From: Octopus vulgaris
Lineage: Eukaryota
Reading direction: 5' to 3'
Assembly: GCA_951406725.2 (NCBI GenBank)
Contig: OX597823.1
Span: 11,222,001-11,286,000, forward strand
Length of the DNA: 64,000 bases
Positions within the stretch are counted from its first letter, which is position 1. Each line of letters opens with the position of its first letter. The position numbers and the translations under genes were made by a program. Below the pieces are notes generated by a model. The model saw only the letters and a list, made by a program, of their open reading frames with translations, had not been told where the DNA came from and searched no databases. Positions 38,472 through 53,705 of this stretch are shown here, in pieces.

Positions 38472-39641
38472 GTATCAAAGATAAGGTTCTACCTGCCAGG
38501 AGTTGTTTCGATTTTCCTATCTCAAATTAATGCTGATAATTCTAATATTACTTTATTTGTTTGAAAATCAAATATTGGGTATTAATCAATGTAAAGGGGT
38601 TCTTTTTGTTATTTGTTAAAATGAGTTATTTCAAGTTTCAATTTAATCGCTATGAAATTATTTTTCTCTCTTAAAATTTCAAGCAACTCTTTTTTCTTTT
38701 ACCCAAAAGAATGTCATTAGTTATAGGTTTCAGTCAGTACCCATATATTTAGTATCGAATGTATACTGCTTTATTAGAATAGACAATTTTCTTTAATCTG
38801 TTCGGTTTTAATTTTCTATTTAATTTTTTTTTTTTTACTTTGATTAGGTTTTTTGAAGTAAAAATCGAATTTAATTATAAGGGAAATAACTCTAACATGA
38901 AGCTGATTATTTCCCTTGAACTATGTTTCCATATTCAAATCATATTTTCTATATTTAAAAATGTATTGTATTCAATCTCTTCTCCATTTAAGACGTATCT
39001 GATATTTCATAACATTACGCTTTTAACTCAATGATTAATAAGATTTATATATAGAAGGGTTTTTAAATCGAGACGTTATTTCAGTTAAAATAATTCTGCA
39101 ATTATCATGTAGATCTTAAAATTCTGTTTTATTTACTAAAGGATCTCCTTTTTTCAATTTTTCATAATAATTATTCACTTTATTCAAATGTATAGATACT
39201 ATATAACACCTCCTAATAGTATGTTAACTCTTTGCTATTACATTAGATCACTGAACAATATTTGTTACTTCACTAAACATCACTTTAGCCATTGAAACGA
39301 AAGCAAATAAAATTATCTTGTTGTCACTATCTTATTATCATTGCTAGTTCTTACATCTTACTGAAAACCACGTTTTGGGACTGCATGTATGATATTCTGT
39401 TAATTCTTTCTTTTGTTTTCTTATCAGTGAAAGACATAGACATCAGTGAGAAGAATGCTGATAAACTGATGTCTGTTAAGCAAAAATACTTTGTGACATT
39501 ATTCTATTCAAGCTGCCAAGGCATACCCTTGTCATTCTTACTACTGAAAATGCACTAAGCCAGGGGATTACCTGTTGGAAATCTATGACCAATAATACAA
39601 TTATTCACTATCACACATGATTTAAAAAATAGCATTCTTAA

Positions 39642-39862
39642 CCCTTTTGATACCAACCTGGCCAAAACCGCCTTTGGCTCTGTAGTACAAATGTCTTGTT
39701 TCCATAAGTTTTGAATTAAAATCTTCCACCAAACCTTAGTCACAATTTATGTTCCTAACACCTGCTTAATTATTGCTAAGTTATTTTACTAAATTCTTTG
39801 TTATATTTAAAGTAATTGAAAGAAACACAGAGCATCTCAAAATAAATACGGTACAAAAAGGG
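39642..39862. mobile_element. piggyBac-like MITE
   Basis: TTAA on both sides (39638-39641, 39863-39866) and TIRs CCCTTTTGATACC / GGTACAAAAAGGG. Confidence 0.85.
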
Positions 39863-40666
39863 TTAATCTTTTTATAATTTGTTTTATTGTAATTATTTTT
39901 GCTAAACCTGATATAAATATGATTCTTACCATGTTATTGCTTGCTAAAGCTATGACTCTCACAACCAGCCAAGTTTTGATTGAGATTGACTAAACTGGAT
40001 TTATACAGACTTAAGTCACAAGTAAATTATTGTTGAGTGTGTAGAACTTGCCAAATCAGATGAGCAGCATACTAAATGCTTTGTGGTATTTACTTATAAA
40101 TCCCATTTTGCATTTCCACCTGTTAAGACCAGTATAACAAGATACCTGTCATGTATTTGACATCAATGTAATTTACTATATTCTCATGTGAAATTCATGC
40201 CCCTGTGCCTATATTAGGTACCATTTATTGTCGAAACTAATAATTTATTTGATTTATGAAGCAAGTAATAAAATTCATAATGACTTTGTAAGAAGTTTGC
40301 AGACTTGACTTTGAATTTAATCTCAGCTCACTTTTTTTTTTTTTTTTTGCTTTTTTTGTTTTGCTCTTTTTGTAGTGAATAATTGCAAAAATCAAGAAAA
40401 GTTTCCGTTTTGATGTTTGTTAGTAAATCTATATGAGGAACTGCTCTATATAGGTGCTTGTATTTTATATTTTCATCACATAACATAAAACTGCTTGAGT
40501 GTTGACAATTTATGAATGATTAGAAGTAGATTATGATTCAGTTGAGTTACCCATCTGTTAAATTTTATTTGGCTGTAAAATAAACATAAGTAAGTTAATT
40601 ACCTAAAATTTATCTGTTTATCTATCTATCCATATGTACACACACACACAGAGGATAGATAGATAA

Positions 40667-40739
<73 letters not shown>

Positions 40740-40749
40740 TTATTTGTGT

Positions 40750-40990
40750 TAAAAAGCATCATCCGATCATGGCCGTTTGCCAGACTCGTCTGGCACCTGT
40801 GCGGGTGGCATGTAAAAAGCACCCACTACACTCATGGGGTGGTTGGCGTTAGGAAGGGCATCCAGCCGTAGAAACATTGCCAGATCAAACTGGGCCTGGT
40901 GCAGCCTTCTGGCTTCCCAGACCCCAGTTGAACCGTTCAACCCATGCTAGCATGGAAAGCGGATGCTAAACGATGATGATGATGATGATG
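40750..40990 (+). mobile_element. RTE 3' end, (GAT)n tail
   Basis: Matches 3690-3925. Confidence 0.9.
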
Positions 40991-41519
40991 AAATACTATA
41001 TTTTTGTAATTACATGACTTCTATAATTGGTACACTGGTTTTGCAAGTGACTTTGTATGAAGCCCTGTACTGAAACTGAATTAAGTTCTTTAAACTATTA
41101 CCACAAAACAATAATCATTATGATAATGCAAGTGAATGATATATCAGTAATGTTTGTCATAAATGGCTGATATCTCTCATCCAGATTCTGTCTTTTATTG
41201 AGTACAAGTAAAACTTCAACACTAAAATCTTTTATGTCTCCAAAATTCACTCTATTCTAAACTGCAGTATAATAAATTAAATATTCCATAGTTCTGTTCT
41301 TTCTTATCTATTCTTTCATCTAGAACATGGATTTTATTTCATATTTAAAGTACACCCAATGACCTTGATCATGTACCATGTTTTCACCAGTTGTTTTAAG
41401 TGCTTGTGTAATCATGAGTGGACATAGATGTTCTCTTTCCCACTCCTCCTGCTCTTGATCCAGCAAAACATCCAGAATGTAGTAGCAAGAAGGAGAGAGG
41501 GCTGCACCAGCATCTGGAA

Positions 41520-41660
41520 TGGTACTCATTACAGATGAGTTGAGTAGAACAAAAATGAAGTGCCTTCTTTAAGGACACAATGCACCACATGATCTGAGAA
41601 TTAAAACCAAAAACATGATCATAAGCTGAACACCTTAACCACTAGACTGCGCACCTTCAT
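41520..41660 (-). mobile_element. SINE family D 5' fragment
   Basis: Colinear with 36225-36365. Confidence 0.6.
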
Positions 41661-42598
41661 TAGTTACTTACACAATTTTACACAAAGTAAATAAAATTAT
41701 AAAGAAAGACACTAGTTTAAAAAAATTGTTTGTTTCAAAATTCACCCATATGTGTTGAAATCATTCTAGATTTTGTTATTGATGTAGTTGTTCCGGGCGA
41801 ACGATCCTGTCTCTTTAAGGAATACCTAGGATTACATTATTATACGTGTTCTGGAGTTGTTTTGAGATGGCTGAGTGTTAGTTGAGGAGAGTTTAGTTGT
41901 CATTTCCAGCAGGTTGACCAACCATGTAGCAGCTCCTTCAGTGGCTCTATCATTCTAGTTTTTATTTTAAAGTGAGAAGTCAACATAATTTTTATAATTT
42001 TGAAATATACGTTACTGCATAATTAAAAGATCGGTTGCTCAATTACATCTTTGGATAGCTTTATTTGTTGTTGTTATTGTTGTTGATATTTATTTCCAAG
42101 TCAGTTCTAATTCAATGAATTTTAAGATTAAAACTACACAACCCATCATCATTTTCTTTTGCTAGACATAGTGTATCTAAGTCTATATTATATGCTGTCT
42201 CTGTAATTTTTGGAAGTAGATTTAGCTTCTGTAACTAAGAGTCTCCTTTATTAATGTTTGTAATCACAGCTTTAATTTGCTATCATTGGTAAAAAACTCC
42301 CCAAAATCTCACTCTATTCTCTCTTTTAAATTAGGCATCGCACGATAATATTTTCAATGTCATGTTACATTTTTAAATAACCTTAACATTAATCAGCTAA
42401 GTTAGATGTCCTTTTAATATCTTGTTCCACGTTTTGCATTTTTCAGCTTTAATACTTCTACTTAAATTCTGCTACTTCCAATCTTTGTAATTTAGAATGT
42501 GATCAACAAGTTAGTAGATTTTTAAATGTTCACTTTTACCCTAAAAGCTTGTAGCCACCTAATAACAAGCCAATATAAATCATTGAAACAAATATAGA

Positions 42599-42650
<52 letters not shown>

Positions 42651-42652
<2 letters not shown>

Positions 42653-43055
42653 TGCAGGAGCGGCTGTGTAGTAAGTAGCTTGTTTACCAACCACATGGTT
42701 CCGGGTTCAGTCCCACTGCGTGGCATCTTGAGCAAGTGTCTTCTACTATAGCCTCGGGCCAACCAAAGCCTTGTGAGTGGATTTGGTAGATGGAAACTGA
42801 AAGAAGCCTGTCGTATATATATATATGTATATATATGTGTGTGTTTGTGTGTCTGTGTTTGTCTCCCCAACATCGCTTGACAACCGATGCTGGTGTGTTT
42901 ATGCCCCCGTAACTTAGCAGTTCGGCAAAAGAGACCGATAGGATAAGTACTGGGCTTACAAAAGAATAAGTCCCGGGGTCGATTTGCTCGACTAAAAAGG
43001 CGGTGCTCCAGCATGGCCGCAGTCAAATGACTGAAACAAGTAAAAGAGTAAAAGA

Positions 43056-43057
<2 letters not shown>
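42651..43057 (+). mobile_element. SINE family A, full length, in (TA)n
   Basis: Colinear with 7121-7536. Confidence 0.9.
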
Positions 43058-43095
<38 letters not shown>

Positions 43096-43962
43096 TTTAA
43101 TCTTTAATCATCATAGTCTTTGTCATTGGCATAGTGGTTGTATTTGTTCTCTCCAATAATATTATCTCCAACCATGTCGCTACACATTCTTCTTATTTAA
43201 AAATTAGCAATCTCAACAACTATGCTAATCATATAGCCTCTATGTGGTCATTCAACTTTCTACGAATATCAAAAGAATCTCCCTCATGTCACCTTTCTAT
43301 TTTAAAAATATGATATATTGGATATTGTAGTCTGGGATATTTGTGTCAGAAACAAGACAGGATGGTCATGGCTGGAACGTTTTTTTAATCATGCATCTCT
43401 TTTATCAGAGCTAATTTCAAGACTAAGCAACTAGAAATATATTTCTTTTATATTATCCAAAATGAAAATGTCAATTTTCCTTTTAAAATAAATTACTTAA
43501 ATAATGTGCCACTCTGTAGTGATGACAGTTTTAAATATATATTCTAGGAATGCTGGTAGGGGAGAATCAATTCTTGTGTAGTAACAACATGTTTGTCATA
43601 AATTATATATCCTAATGTATTGTTTTTTGGAGGTCATCTTCCTACTTTTGCAACACGTAATAACTCCTTTTTACTTATTTTTTTCTTATAACCCTTAATT
43701 GTATTTCTGCATTTTGTTGGTTTCTCTACTAGTGTAAACAACTTCACATTAACATAATTTTTACCATTATCTAAAGAGTTGTTTCCCATATGCTATGTGC
43801 CACCAGTAGATAGCGTTAGTCTAGTTTAATTCCATCGTTTTTGATTGAGTACTTGATATTTTACTTCCAATGCACAATGCAATGCACGCACACGGACTCA
43901 CATATGTATATGTGTGCATATACATGTACAAACGATAGCATACATATTTATACATATCTACC

Positions 43963-43995
<33 letters not shown>

Positions 43996-45426
43996 TGATG
44001 TTTCTTAGTTTATCATATTTCTTCTCTCTGAGCGTGAAAGAAAACTATTGTAGTATTATTTGCCTGAATCTCATTTATTGCCAAACACAATTAATTCCTG
44101 TATTGAATATTGAAATAAACAACAAATGGGGGTGGCTGGTTGCAAACAGGGTGGCTGCAGTAGAAATTAACATTGATTTTCAATATGGATATATAAATAA
44201 GCTTTCTAAACTTTTGCTAGATAAAGTGTGTGTATATATATATATTTGATATTTGCCTAATAGTGGTTTTATCTCTAATTTAATATAATATATATATATA
44301 TATATGTATGTATGTATGTATATATGGGTGTGAGCATGTGTGTGTGTGTGTGTGCATGCACACGTGCATGTGAATGTGTGTGGTTGCCTTTTTGTGTGCA
44401 TATTTGTATGTATAATCCAGAATAAATTCAATTTGTAGTTAATGATATTTGCTTAATAAATTTCCACAAAGGATTTTTTCTATATCTCCCTTGTATATTA
44501 CGACTGTTCTGTATAGATTTGATATTTTAAAAAAAAAATGCTTAATAATGTGAATATTTATTAAATTTACTGTTTTTCAAAGAAAGCTAGGCAATAGGAA
44601 AATTCTGATTTTTAACTGTTCAAGATATAGGATTCTATATAATTATCAATACTTCCATACCTTTAAGAATCATGAGAATATGTGTTGGTAGAAAAAAAAA
44701 AATCACATTGAAAATAAAAGGAATGGTTTCTGTGATCCTTGACAACCAAGCGTTAGAATATCCCAAGCAGCTTGTTCAGCCATCTTTACCAAGGTCACAT
44801 ATATAGCTTAAATCTTAGTGTTTTTGCTGTTGAAAAACTGCATAATCTTGCATGGAAATATTTTCAGATATTCTTTCAGTGGTTATAATTTCATTGAATA
44901 TAAATGTCAGTCAAACAAGAAATGAAACTATTGAACTAAAATATAGAATTTAACTCCTTTAATAAACTGATTAAATATTTAGCATCTCTTCGTGAGACTT
45001 TATTAATATCAAATATACTTTGTTTGATGATGCTCCAGCTTGGCATCAGACATGATGACTACAACAAACTAAAGGATATATAATTCGATATTAATTCTAT
45101 ATTCAGTAATCTCCATTATAAATATGGCTTTAAAGCAGTGATTTAATTTAGGTATTTTATTTTCTAGTAACCTCATTTGAATTAAATAATTAATATCTTA
45201 ATTATCAAATAATTCAATATGTTTATTCATCTATATATTTGGTTGCTAATTTGTAATCACTAATTATAAATTGAAGCCCACTCTATAAATGATCATAAAC
45301 ATATACATACATTTATATATATATGTACGTATATATAAGAAAAATTATATATATATATATGTGTGTGTATATATATATATATATATATACACACACATTG
45401 TGTGTGTGTGTATGTTACACACACAT

Positions 45427-45487
<61 letters not shown>

Positions 45488-46394
45488 GTATATGTGTTAT
45501 TTAACATTTAGAATCTTCTGAATATGCACGTATACATATATGTTTTAAATATTTTTTTTCTTTCAATAGACTCATACAAACCCATTTTATTGATTTACAT
45601 ATGCATGAAATAAAATTAAATATTAAAAATTTAGAGTGATTTGATAAAAAGAGGAATCTACAAATGAAAGAAAAAACAAGTCTATTCTCGCAATTCTAAA
45701 ATTATAAAAATAATAATGTTCCTCTTCGTTCATTTCCAAAAACATTTTAACCAATATATGTAGCCGTATTTATTTATAAGGTTTTTATTTCATGAACTGT
45801 ATGCACACAGACTTCAGTAATTTATGAAAACCTCGGAGTGCTACTATCATAGCAGCTACTACTCAATACTGCGTTTAATATAAGGCAGAAGCTGTTTATG
45901 TGAATGCAACAAAAGCTACTACTGTTATTGGTTTGACTAAAGCACTACATTAGCTTGGCTGGACCTTACTCTCTGACCAACTGCAACCATCATTTTGTGT
46001 TCAACATACATAATCATTTGGACAACAGATGTATTGGCTAGACTTATGCTGCTTCACTCTAATTTTATGACAGAATGAAATAAAGATTAATTATATATGT
46101 ATTCCTATTCTAACATGGATGAAGAGAATGTGTATGTGAATATGCATATAAGTATGTGTGTGTGTGTCGAGAGAAAGAGAGAAGGGGAGAGGAAGATAGA
46201 CAGATACAGAGACAGACTGATAGATAGAGAAATAGCTAGATAGACAGACAGACTCATATACATACTGTTCCTAAAAAGCAAATGCTAATACACTTCCAAT
46301 AAATTGAATAAATGTATGCATTCTTGTCAAAGAAGTCAGACCTGGCCTAGCTAACTCAACGACACACACACAAACACACATACATATATATATA

Positions 46395-46487
46395 TCATCA
46401 TCATCATCATTTAGCGTCCGTTTTCCATGCTAGCATGGGTTGGACGGTTCAACTGGGGTCTGGGGAGCCCGAAGGCTGCACCAGGCC
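46395..46487 (-). mobile_element. Very short RTE 3' end
   Basis: (CAT)n-ttagcgtccgttttccatgctagcatggg. Confidence 0.85.
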
Positions 46488-46656
46488 ATATATATATACT
46501 GCGTAAACATCAGTCACATAAATTCATATTGTCTGAAAATATTTCTTCGTCTAGTGATTCGTATGTTTTGGGGTAGATGTTCATGGTTTCATATTTGGAT
46601 ATGGATAAGTGTACATATGTTTGCATGCATGTATGTGAGTGAGTGTATAGGTATAT

Positions 46657-46657
<1 letters not shown>

Positions 46658-46691
<34 letters not shown>

Positions 46692-46802
46692 CATTGTGTA
46701 CAGTGCTCATGTGCACTACAACTCATCTAAAGTGTATATATAATCAGGTGTAGTTTCGGCGGATTTCGGAAAGCATGAGGGCCTTAAAGGATGCAGTGTC
46801 AT
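46658..46802 (-). mobile_element. Short CR1-like 3' end
   Basis: Reverse complement of 22775-22900 ([18 protein letters not shown]). Confidence 0.9.
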
Positions 46803-46929
46803 ATACGTGTGTGGGCAAAGGTATGTGTGTATACGTGTATATATATATATATATACCTGTATAGACACACATACATATGCACATAATATTCTCTGTTACA
46901 TTGATTTTTCTTTGCTGGTATGGGTTGGA

Positions 46930-46932
46930 TAA

Positions 46933-46970
<38 letters not shown>

Positions 46971-47018
46971 TGTATATATGTATGTATTTATGTATATATA
47001 TATATATGTGGGTGTATG

Positions 47019-47076
<58 letters not shown>

Positions 47077-47174
47077 TATATATATACACATATGTTTATA
47101 TGTGTATGTATATATGTATATATGTGTATATATATATGTGCATATATATATATATATTTGTGTGTGTATATGTG

Positions 47175-47220
<46 letters not shown>

Positions 47221-47928
47221 AGTGTGTGTGTGTGTATGTATATATCATCATCAGCATCATCTAGCATCTGTTGTCCATGCTGGCATGGGTTGGACAGTTT
47301 AACTAGGGCTGGCAAGCTGGAAGGCTGCAGCAGACTCCAATCTGATCTGGCATGGTTTCTATGGCCGGATGCCTTTCCTAACACCAACCACTCTGAGAGC
47401 ATAATGGGTACTATTATGTGCCACTGGTATGGGTGCCATTTGTTTGACACCTGTATCTGCCACCACTGTGCTCTTACTTCGCTTGATGAGTCTTCTTCTA
47501 TATGTCTGTATACATGTATATGTATACATATATGTATGTATACATGTGTATGTATACATATATGTATGTATATGTGTATGTATACATATATGTATGTATA
47601 TGTGTATGTATACATATATGTATGTATATGTGTATGTATATGTATGTGTATATATTTGGGTATATATATATGTATGTGTATGTGTATATTTATAAATGCA
47701 TGTATATCATCATCATCATCATCATCATCGTTTAACGTCTGTTTCCCGCGCTAGCACGGGTTGGACGGGCACGGGTTGTATGTACATATATATGTATGTA
47801 TATACATATGTATATGTATGTGCGTATATATATATATGTGTATATGTATGTATGTTTGTATATGTCTTCATATATGTATTTGTATGTGTGTATGTATTTA
47901 TGTTTGTATATATGTGTGTGTATATTTA

Positions 47929-47971
<43 letters not shown>

Positions 47972-48076
47972 GTACGTATATGTGTGTGTGTATTGATGTA
48001 TATATACATGTGTACATATGTATGTATAAACATGTCTTTGTATATATTTATATATGTGTATATGCATGTACATATG

Positions 48077-48111
<35 letters not shown>

Positions 48112-48174
48112 ATATGTATGTATATATACGTGTGTATGTATATATGTATATATATGTGTACATATATATGTATA

Positions 48175-48213
<39 letters not shown>

Positions 48214-48215
48214 GT
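46930..48215. repeat. Large compound TA/TG microsatellite field with embedded RTE tail fragments (47243-47495, 47706-47770)
   Basis: Read directly from the sequence. Confidence 0.9.
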
Positions 48216-48227
48216 ATATTGTCGTTT

Positions 48228-50260
48228 ATCATCATCGTTTAATGTCCGCTTTCCATGCTAGCATGGCTTGGACAGTTTGAGGGTTGGCAAGCCAGAAGGA
48301 TGCACCAGGCTCCAATCTGATCTGGCAAAGTTTCTACAGCTGGATGCCCTTCCTAATGCCAACCACTCTGAGACTGTACACAATGGCCCATCAGGAGGTA
48401 CTGACATTGACACGTGATTTTTACATGCTACCGTCATGGGACCAGTCAGGTAGCACTGGTATTGACCAGGCTTGAATGGTGCTTTGTATGTGCCACCGGC
48501 ATGGGTGCCAATCAGGCGGTACTGTCATCGGCCATGACAATGACTTCATTTGACTCAACAGGTCTTTGCAAGCACAGTTTATTGCCCAATGATTGAAAGG
48601 TACTCTTAAATGGCCTGGTTATGCTGCACTGGCATAGGCCATGGTTACGGTCTCACTTAGTTTGCCAGGTCTTCTCAAGCACAGCATATCTCCAAAGGTC
48701 TCGGTTATTTGTCATCACCTCCCTGAGGTCCAACGTTTGAAGGTTACGCATCACCATCTCATCCCAGGTCTTCCTGGGTCTGCCTCTTCCACAGGTTCCC
48801 TCTACTGCTAGGGTGTGACACTTTTTCACACAGCTGTCCTCATTCATACGCAATACATAACCATACCAGCACAGTCATCTCTCTTGCACACCACATCTGA
48901 TGCTTCTTATGTCCAACTTTTCTCTCAGGGTGCTTACACTCTGTCATGTATGCACACTGACATTACACATCCAGCAGAGCATACTAGCTTCATTCCTTGC
49001 AAACTTATACATGTCCTCAGCAGTCACAGCCCATGTTTCACTGCCATGTAGCATAGCCGTTTGCACACATGCATCATACACTCTACCTTTCACTCAGATC
49101 GAGAGGTCCTTTGTCACCACCAGAGGTAGGAACTCTCTGAGCTTTACCCAGGCTATTCTTATTCTAGCAGCTACACTCTCAGAGCATCCACTCCAACTAC
49201 TGACTTGATCACCCAGGTAACGAAAGCTATCAACTACTTCTAGATTTTTTCCCTAGCATGTCATGGAAGCTGTTTTCTGCACCTTTTCACTGTTTATTGC
49301 CTCTAAGCATTTGCCACACACAAAAACTGTCTTCCCATTTAGTCTCCCTTTGATATTGCTGCACCTCTTATGTGTCCATAGCTTACACTGGGTACATCTT
49401 ATGGAGTTTCTACCTACGCTGTTCCTACAGATCCTGAAGGGATTTGTGATTTGTATGTCTTCCTACTTATTAAGACTTTGGTTTTTGCTAGATTGACTCT
49501 AAGGCCTTTCGATTCTAGACCATGCTTCCATGCCTGAAACTTCTCTAGTTCTGATAGTGACTCAACTATTAGAGCAAGGTCATCAGCATAGAGAAGCTTC
49601 CAGAGACATCCTGTCTTGAATTCCTCTGTTATTGCCCGGAGGACTATGATGAATAAGAGGGAGCTGAGGACTGATCCTTGGTGGAGCCCTACCCCTATCA
49701 GGAATTCTTTACTATACTCATTGCCAAACCTCACCTTACTGACAGCATGGCTTGTACAGCTCTTACTAACCACTCATCTATCCCTAGTTTCTGCATTGAC
49801 CACCAGATAAGGGATTGGGGGGACCCTGTCAAAGGATTTCTTCATGTCAACAAAAGCCAGATACAGAGGTTTATCTTTGGCTAGGTATTTCTCTTGGAGC
49901 TGTCTTACAAGAAATATAGCATCAGTGGTGCTTTTCCCTAGCACAAACCCGAACTGCATCTCATCAAAACTGACTCTCTCTCCCTAATTAGTTGGACTGT
50001 AACCCTCTATGTGACTTTCATTACCTGATCCAGCAACTTGATACCTCTGTCATTATTCATATCTAACACATCACTTTTACCTTTGTAGCAGTTGACAATG
50101 GTGCTGCTACACCAGTCATTGGGTATGACTCCATATAGTCCTGATTGACTATATGGGTGACTAGGTTATAGCCGACACCACCAGATATTTTAAGCATCTC
50201 TGTAGTGATTCTTGATGGATGGTGGGGGGCTTTCTCTGTCTTCATACCCTTAATTGCTTT
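48228..50260 (-). mobile_element. Older 5'-truncated RTE LINE (ORF2 pseudogene)
   Basis: Broken ORFs ([36 protein letters not shown]) are colinear with the intact ORF at 59099-61455. Multiple frameshifts and stops. Confidence 0.92.
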
Positions 50261-50298
50261 ATGTATGTATGTATGTATGTATGTATGTATGTATGTAT

Positions 50299-50503
50299 GG
50301 GCCCCCACACCAGATGGCTGGACTTGATTAAAGATGATCTCCGGAGGCTTGATGGCATCTGGAGAATGTGGAGAGGCTGGTATGGGACAGCCAGCGATGG
50401 AGAGCATTGGTAGACCTGGTCAGCTCTATGCATGAAGACACCTTTGCAACCACTAACCTAGGATGACTCCAGCCCCACCAAGCTAGAGCTTGAAGCAAGC
50501 AAG
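50299..50503 (+). mobile_element. 3' end of a different RTE-like LINE
   Basis: PHTRWLDLIKDDLRRL resembles the RTE C-terminal GRP..RW.D motif and the copy ends in (GCAA)n. Confidence 0.6.
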
Positions 50504-50510
50504 TATGTGA

Positions 50511-50543
<33 letters not shown>

Positions 50544-50889
50544 ATATCACACTAAAGTCTGGTGCAGCCTTCTAGCTTGCCAGCCTGGTCAAACCAGCTA
50601 ACCCATGCCAGCATGGACAACAGACGTTAAATAATGATGATGTTATATATATATATGCATATATATGTATGTCTTTGCATACATATATGTATGTATCGTA
50701 AACCAAGAACCTGTTATCTCATTATGAGGATTAAGGACAACTCTTATAAACAAGATCACAGGATCTAAAGATTTCTCAGACAACAATCATATCGAAATAT
50801 ATATTCTCATCATCAAATTTCTAATAGATACATTACAATTTTTACACCTGTGCATCTGTGTGTGTGTATCAAATACACATGGGTATGTA

Positions 50890-51066
50890 CCATATTTTAA
50901 CATGTATAAGAAGTCCGCATGTATAAGGAACCCCTTAATTTTTAGGGTTTAAAATTTGGAAAAAAGATTTTGCAATGGATTATAATACTATCCATGTATA
51001 AGAAACTCCCATTTCTTTTTAACCTAATTTTTGACAAAAAGGTTCCTTATACACATTAAAATACGG
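50890..51066. mobile_element. Tc1/mariner (pogo-like) MITE
   Basis: TA on both sides and TIRs CCATATTTTAACATGTATAAG / CTTATACACATTAAAATACGG. Confidence 0.8.
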
Positions 51067-51107
51067 TATATATATATGTGTGTGTGTGTGTATGTGTGTG
51101 TGTGTGT

Positions 51108-51395
51108 TATCATCATCGTTTAGTGTACACTTTCCATGCTGGCATGGGTTAGGCGGTTTGACTGGAACTGGTAAGCTGGAGAGCTGTACTGGGTTCCAGT
51201 CTGATTTGGCATGGTCTCTATGGCTGGATGCTCTGCCTAATGCCAAGTGTTGTGTAGTAGGTGCCTTTTACATGTCACCAGCATGGGTGCTTTTTATGTG
51301 TCTCCAGCATGGCCATGACAATGATTTCACTTGGTTTGATGAGTCTTCTCAAGCACAGCAGATTGCCAAAGGCCTCGATCACTTGTCATTGTCTC
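51108..51395 (-). mobile_element. Older RTE 3' UTR
   Basis: Colinear with 48228-48720. Confidence 0.75.
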
Positions 51396-51421
51396 TGTGG
51401 GACCAAATTTATGTGTGCGTT

Positions 51422-51452
<31 letters not shown>

Positions 51453-51847
51453 TTAGGCACATACCTGGCTATGTAGTTAAGTAATTTGTTCTCAAACATG
51501 TGGTTCTGTCTGGCATTGCAGCCATATTTCAGTGTCATGTGGTATAGCTGTTCGTACAGAGGTATCATACAATATGCCTTTCACTCTGAGTGTTCTCAAG
51601 CCTGACATGATTCAAGGTAATATCATTAGTGCCAATGTCACGATGAAATACACTGAGTGTAAAGTGGTTGGTGATAGAAAGATGATCCAGCTGTAGAATG
51701 CCAAACTTAATTTATGATTGAGACATGGCTCTTCAACTCACCTTGGAGGATAAAAAGAGCAAAGAGGTGACTTGGATTGTGACATCCTATCCAACATGTG
51801 TGAACCTGGAAATATAAAATTTATGCTGTTGATGATACATGTCTGGA

Positions 51848-52196
51848 TGGAATCACTCCGTTGGTTACGACGACGAGGGTTCCGGTTGATCCGAATCAAC
51901 GGAACAGCCTGCTCGTGAAATTAACGTGTAAGTGGCTGAGCGCTCCACAGACACGTGTACCCTTAACGTAGTTCTCAGGGATATTCAGCATGACACAGAG
52001 AGTGACAAGGCCGGCCCTTTTGAAATACAGGTACAACAGAAACAGGAAATAAGAGTGAGAGAGAGTTGTGGTGAAAGAGTACAGCAGGGATCACCACCAT
52101 CCCCTGCCGGAGCCTCGTGGAGCTTTAGGTGTTTTCGCTCAATAAACACTCACAACGCCCGGTTTGGGAATCGAAACCGCGATCCTATGACCGCGA
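51848..52196 (-). mobile_element. Young tRNA-derived SINE family E, 5' end clipped
   Basis: The minus strand has B box GGTTTCGATTCCC near its start. CpG-rich relative to the flanks. Confidence 0.7.
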
Positions 52197-53209
52197 TACA
52201 TGTCTATCTTCCTGTATACATGTGTGTGTGTGTATACAATTGCACACTAACACATTCACATGTCTCTTCATCGTTACCATCTTTAACATTCTGCATCTGC
52301 TTTGCATGTTTGTATGGGTTTAATGGATCATTAAAGTCAGTTCTTATTTGAAATTATTACCTTTCTAGATAGGTCACAATGACCATGTTGTGTTCATACT
52401 TACTGATCTGGGGGCTTGGTTTGTGTAGCATGGTGCCCTTCCTAACACATTTCACTTTATAGGGTCTAGTGACTGCATTGTATTGTAACACCAACACAAG
52501 AGTTCATATCAACTCTTATTTGCCAACCTCTTTACAAAGTATATTGGAAGCATTTTATCATTGCATCAGCACTATTGGGGTTGTCTTGTAACATGTAAAA
52601 TCAAAGAGTCATCATTACTTTTGGATGTATTCATTTACTCCAGCCAATTCAACTGAAAAGGTGAAGAGGTTTATTATTCAAAAAGGCTTCGTGGAAGGTG
52701 TGTGATGAAAGCATGAGTATAACAGTGAAAAGAGAGTGATTAATGTTTGAAGGTGGTAGACAGGGAGAGACTGATGGAAGTGGAGAGAAGCAGGAGTGGG
52801 TGATGAATGTCCTTAATGAGTTGCCCCGTAGAGAAAGGGTGACGGTTAGAGTGTATGTAGTCATGCAGATCTGATACAATTCCTGACATATAGTCCTTGT
52901 GATGAGTGAGTGACCGAGTGAATGGGTAGGTTCCAGTACTATTTTTCATTTCATGGGCAACATCCGTACAAGGAAAGAAAGGCAAGATGAGAATCAAAGA
53001 GAGGTGAAAGGTTAGACAGGAGTGATTCACTGCTGTCCTTTAAACTTTTTTCAGTAGCAGCATAAAACAGGGAATAGAAGAACAGATGGTCGATGGAGAT
53101 AAAAAATGTGGGAAAGAAATATTATTAAAAAGGTAGAGGAAGCAGCAAGTGTAAAAGTTGATAATATCTCTATCTCTGTTTCTCTATCTCTCTCTCTCAA
53201 TTTATGTAC

Positions 53210-53300
<91 letters not shown>

Positions 53301-53303
<3 letters not shown>

Positions 53304-53518
53304 CGCATATTTGCCATTTGAATATGGCTAACCCTTAAGGGTGGATGCTACTGTAGTTTGTAGCCCCAGGAAAATATCTCCTCCAGCTGGCTATAGACAC
53401 ACTATCTGTGTCCTCAGTGTGTCTAGAGCCAGCTGGAGGAGATATCTTCCTGGGGCTACAAACTACAGTAGCATCCACCCTTAAGGGTTAGCCATATTCA
53501 AATGGCAAATATGCGTCA
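53301..53518. repeat. Near-perfect palindrome or foldback element (103-bp arms, 12-nt loop)
   Basis: 53301-53403 and 53416-53518 are reverse complements with 2 mismatches by eye. Flanked by (TA)n. Confidence 0.95.
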
Positions 53519-53566
53519 CGATGTGTTACCGCTACTGTTTATAACTCGCTCTGAGATTTATCATTG

Positions 53567-53692
<126 letters not shown>

Positions 53693-53705
53693 ACACACAC
53701 ATGCC

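Noticed and set aside
52640-53100. Purine-rich segments (also 22300-22620, 22950-23280) with minus-strand ORFs
   Set aside because: Probably old repeats, but I recognised no motif, so they are left unassigned.
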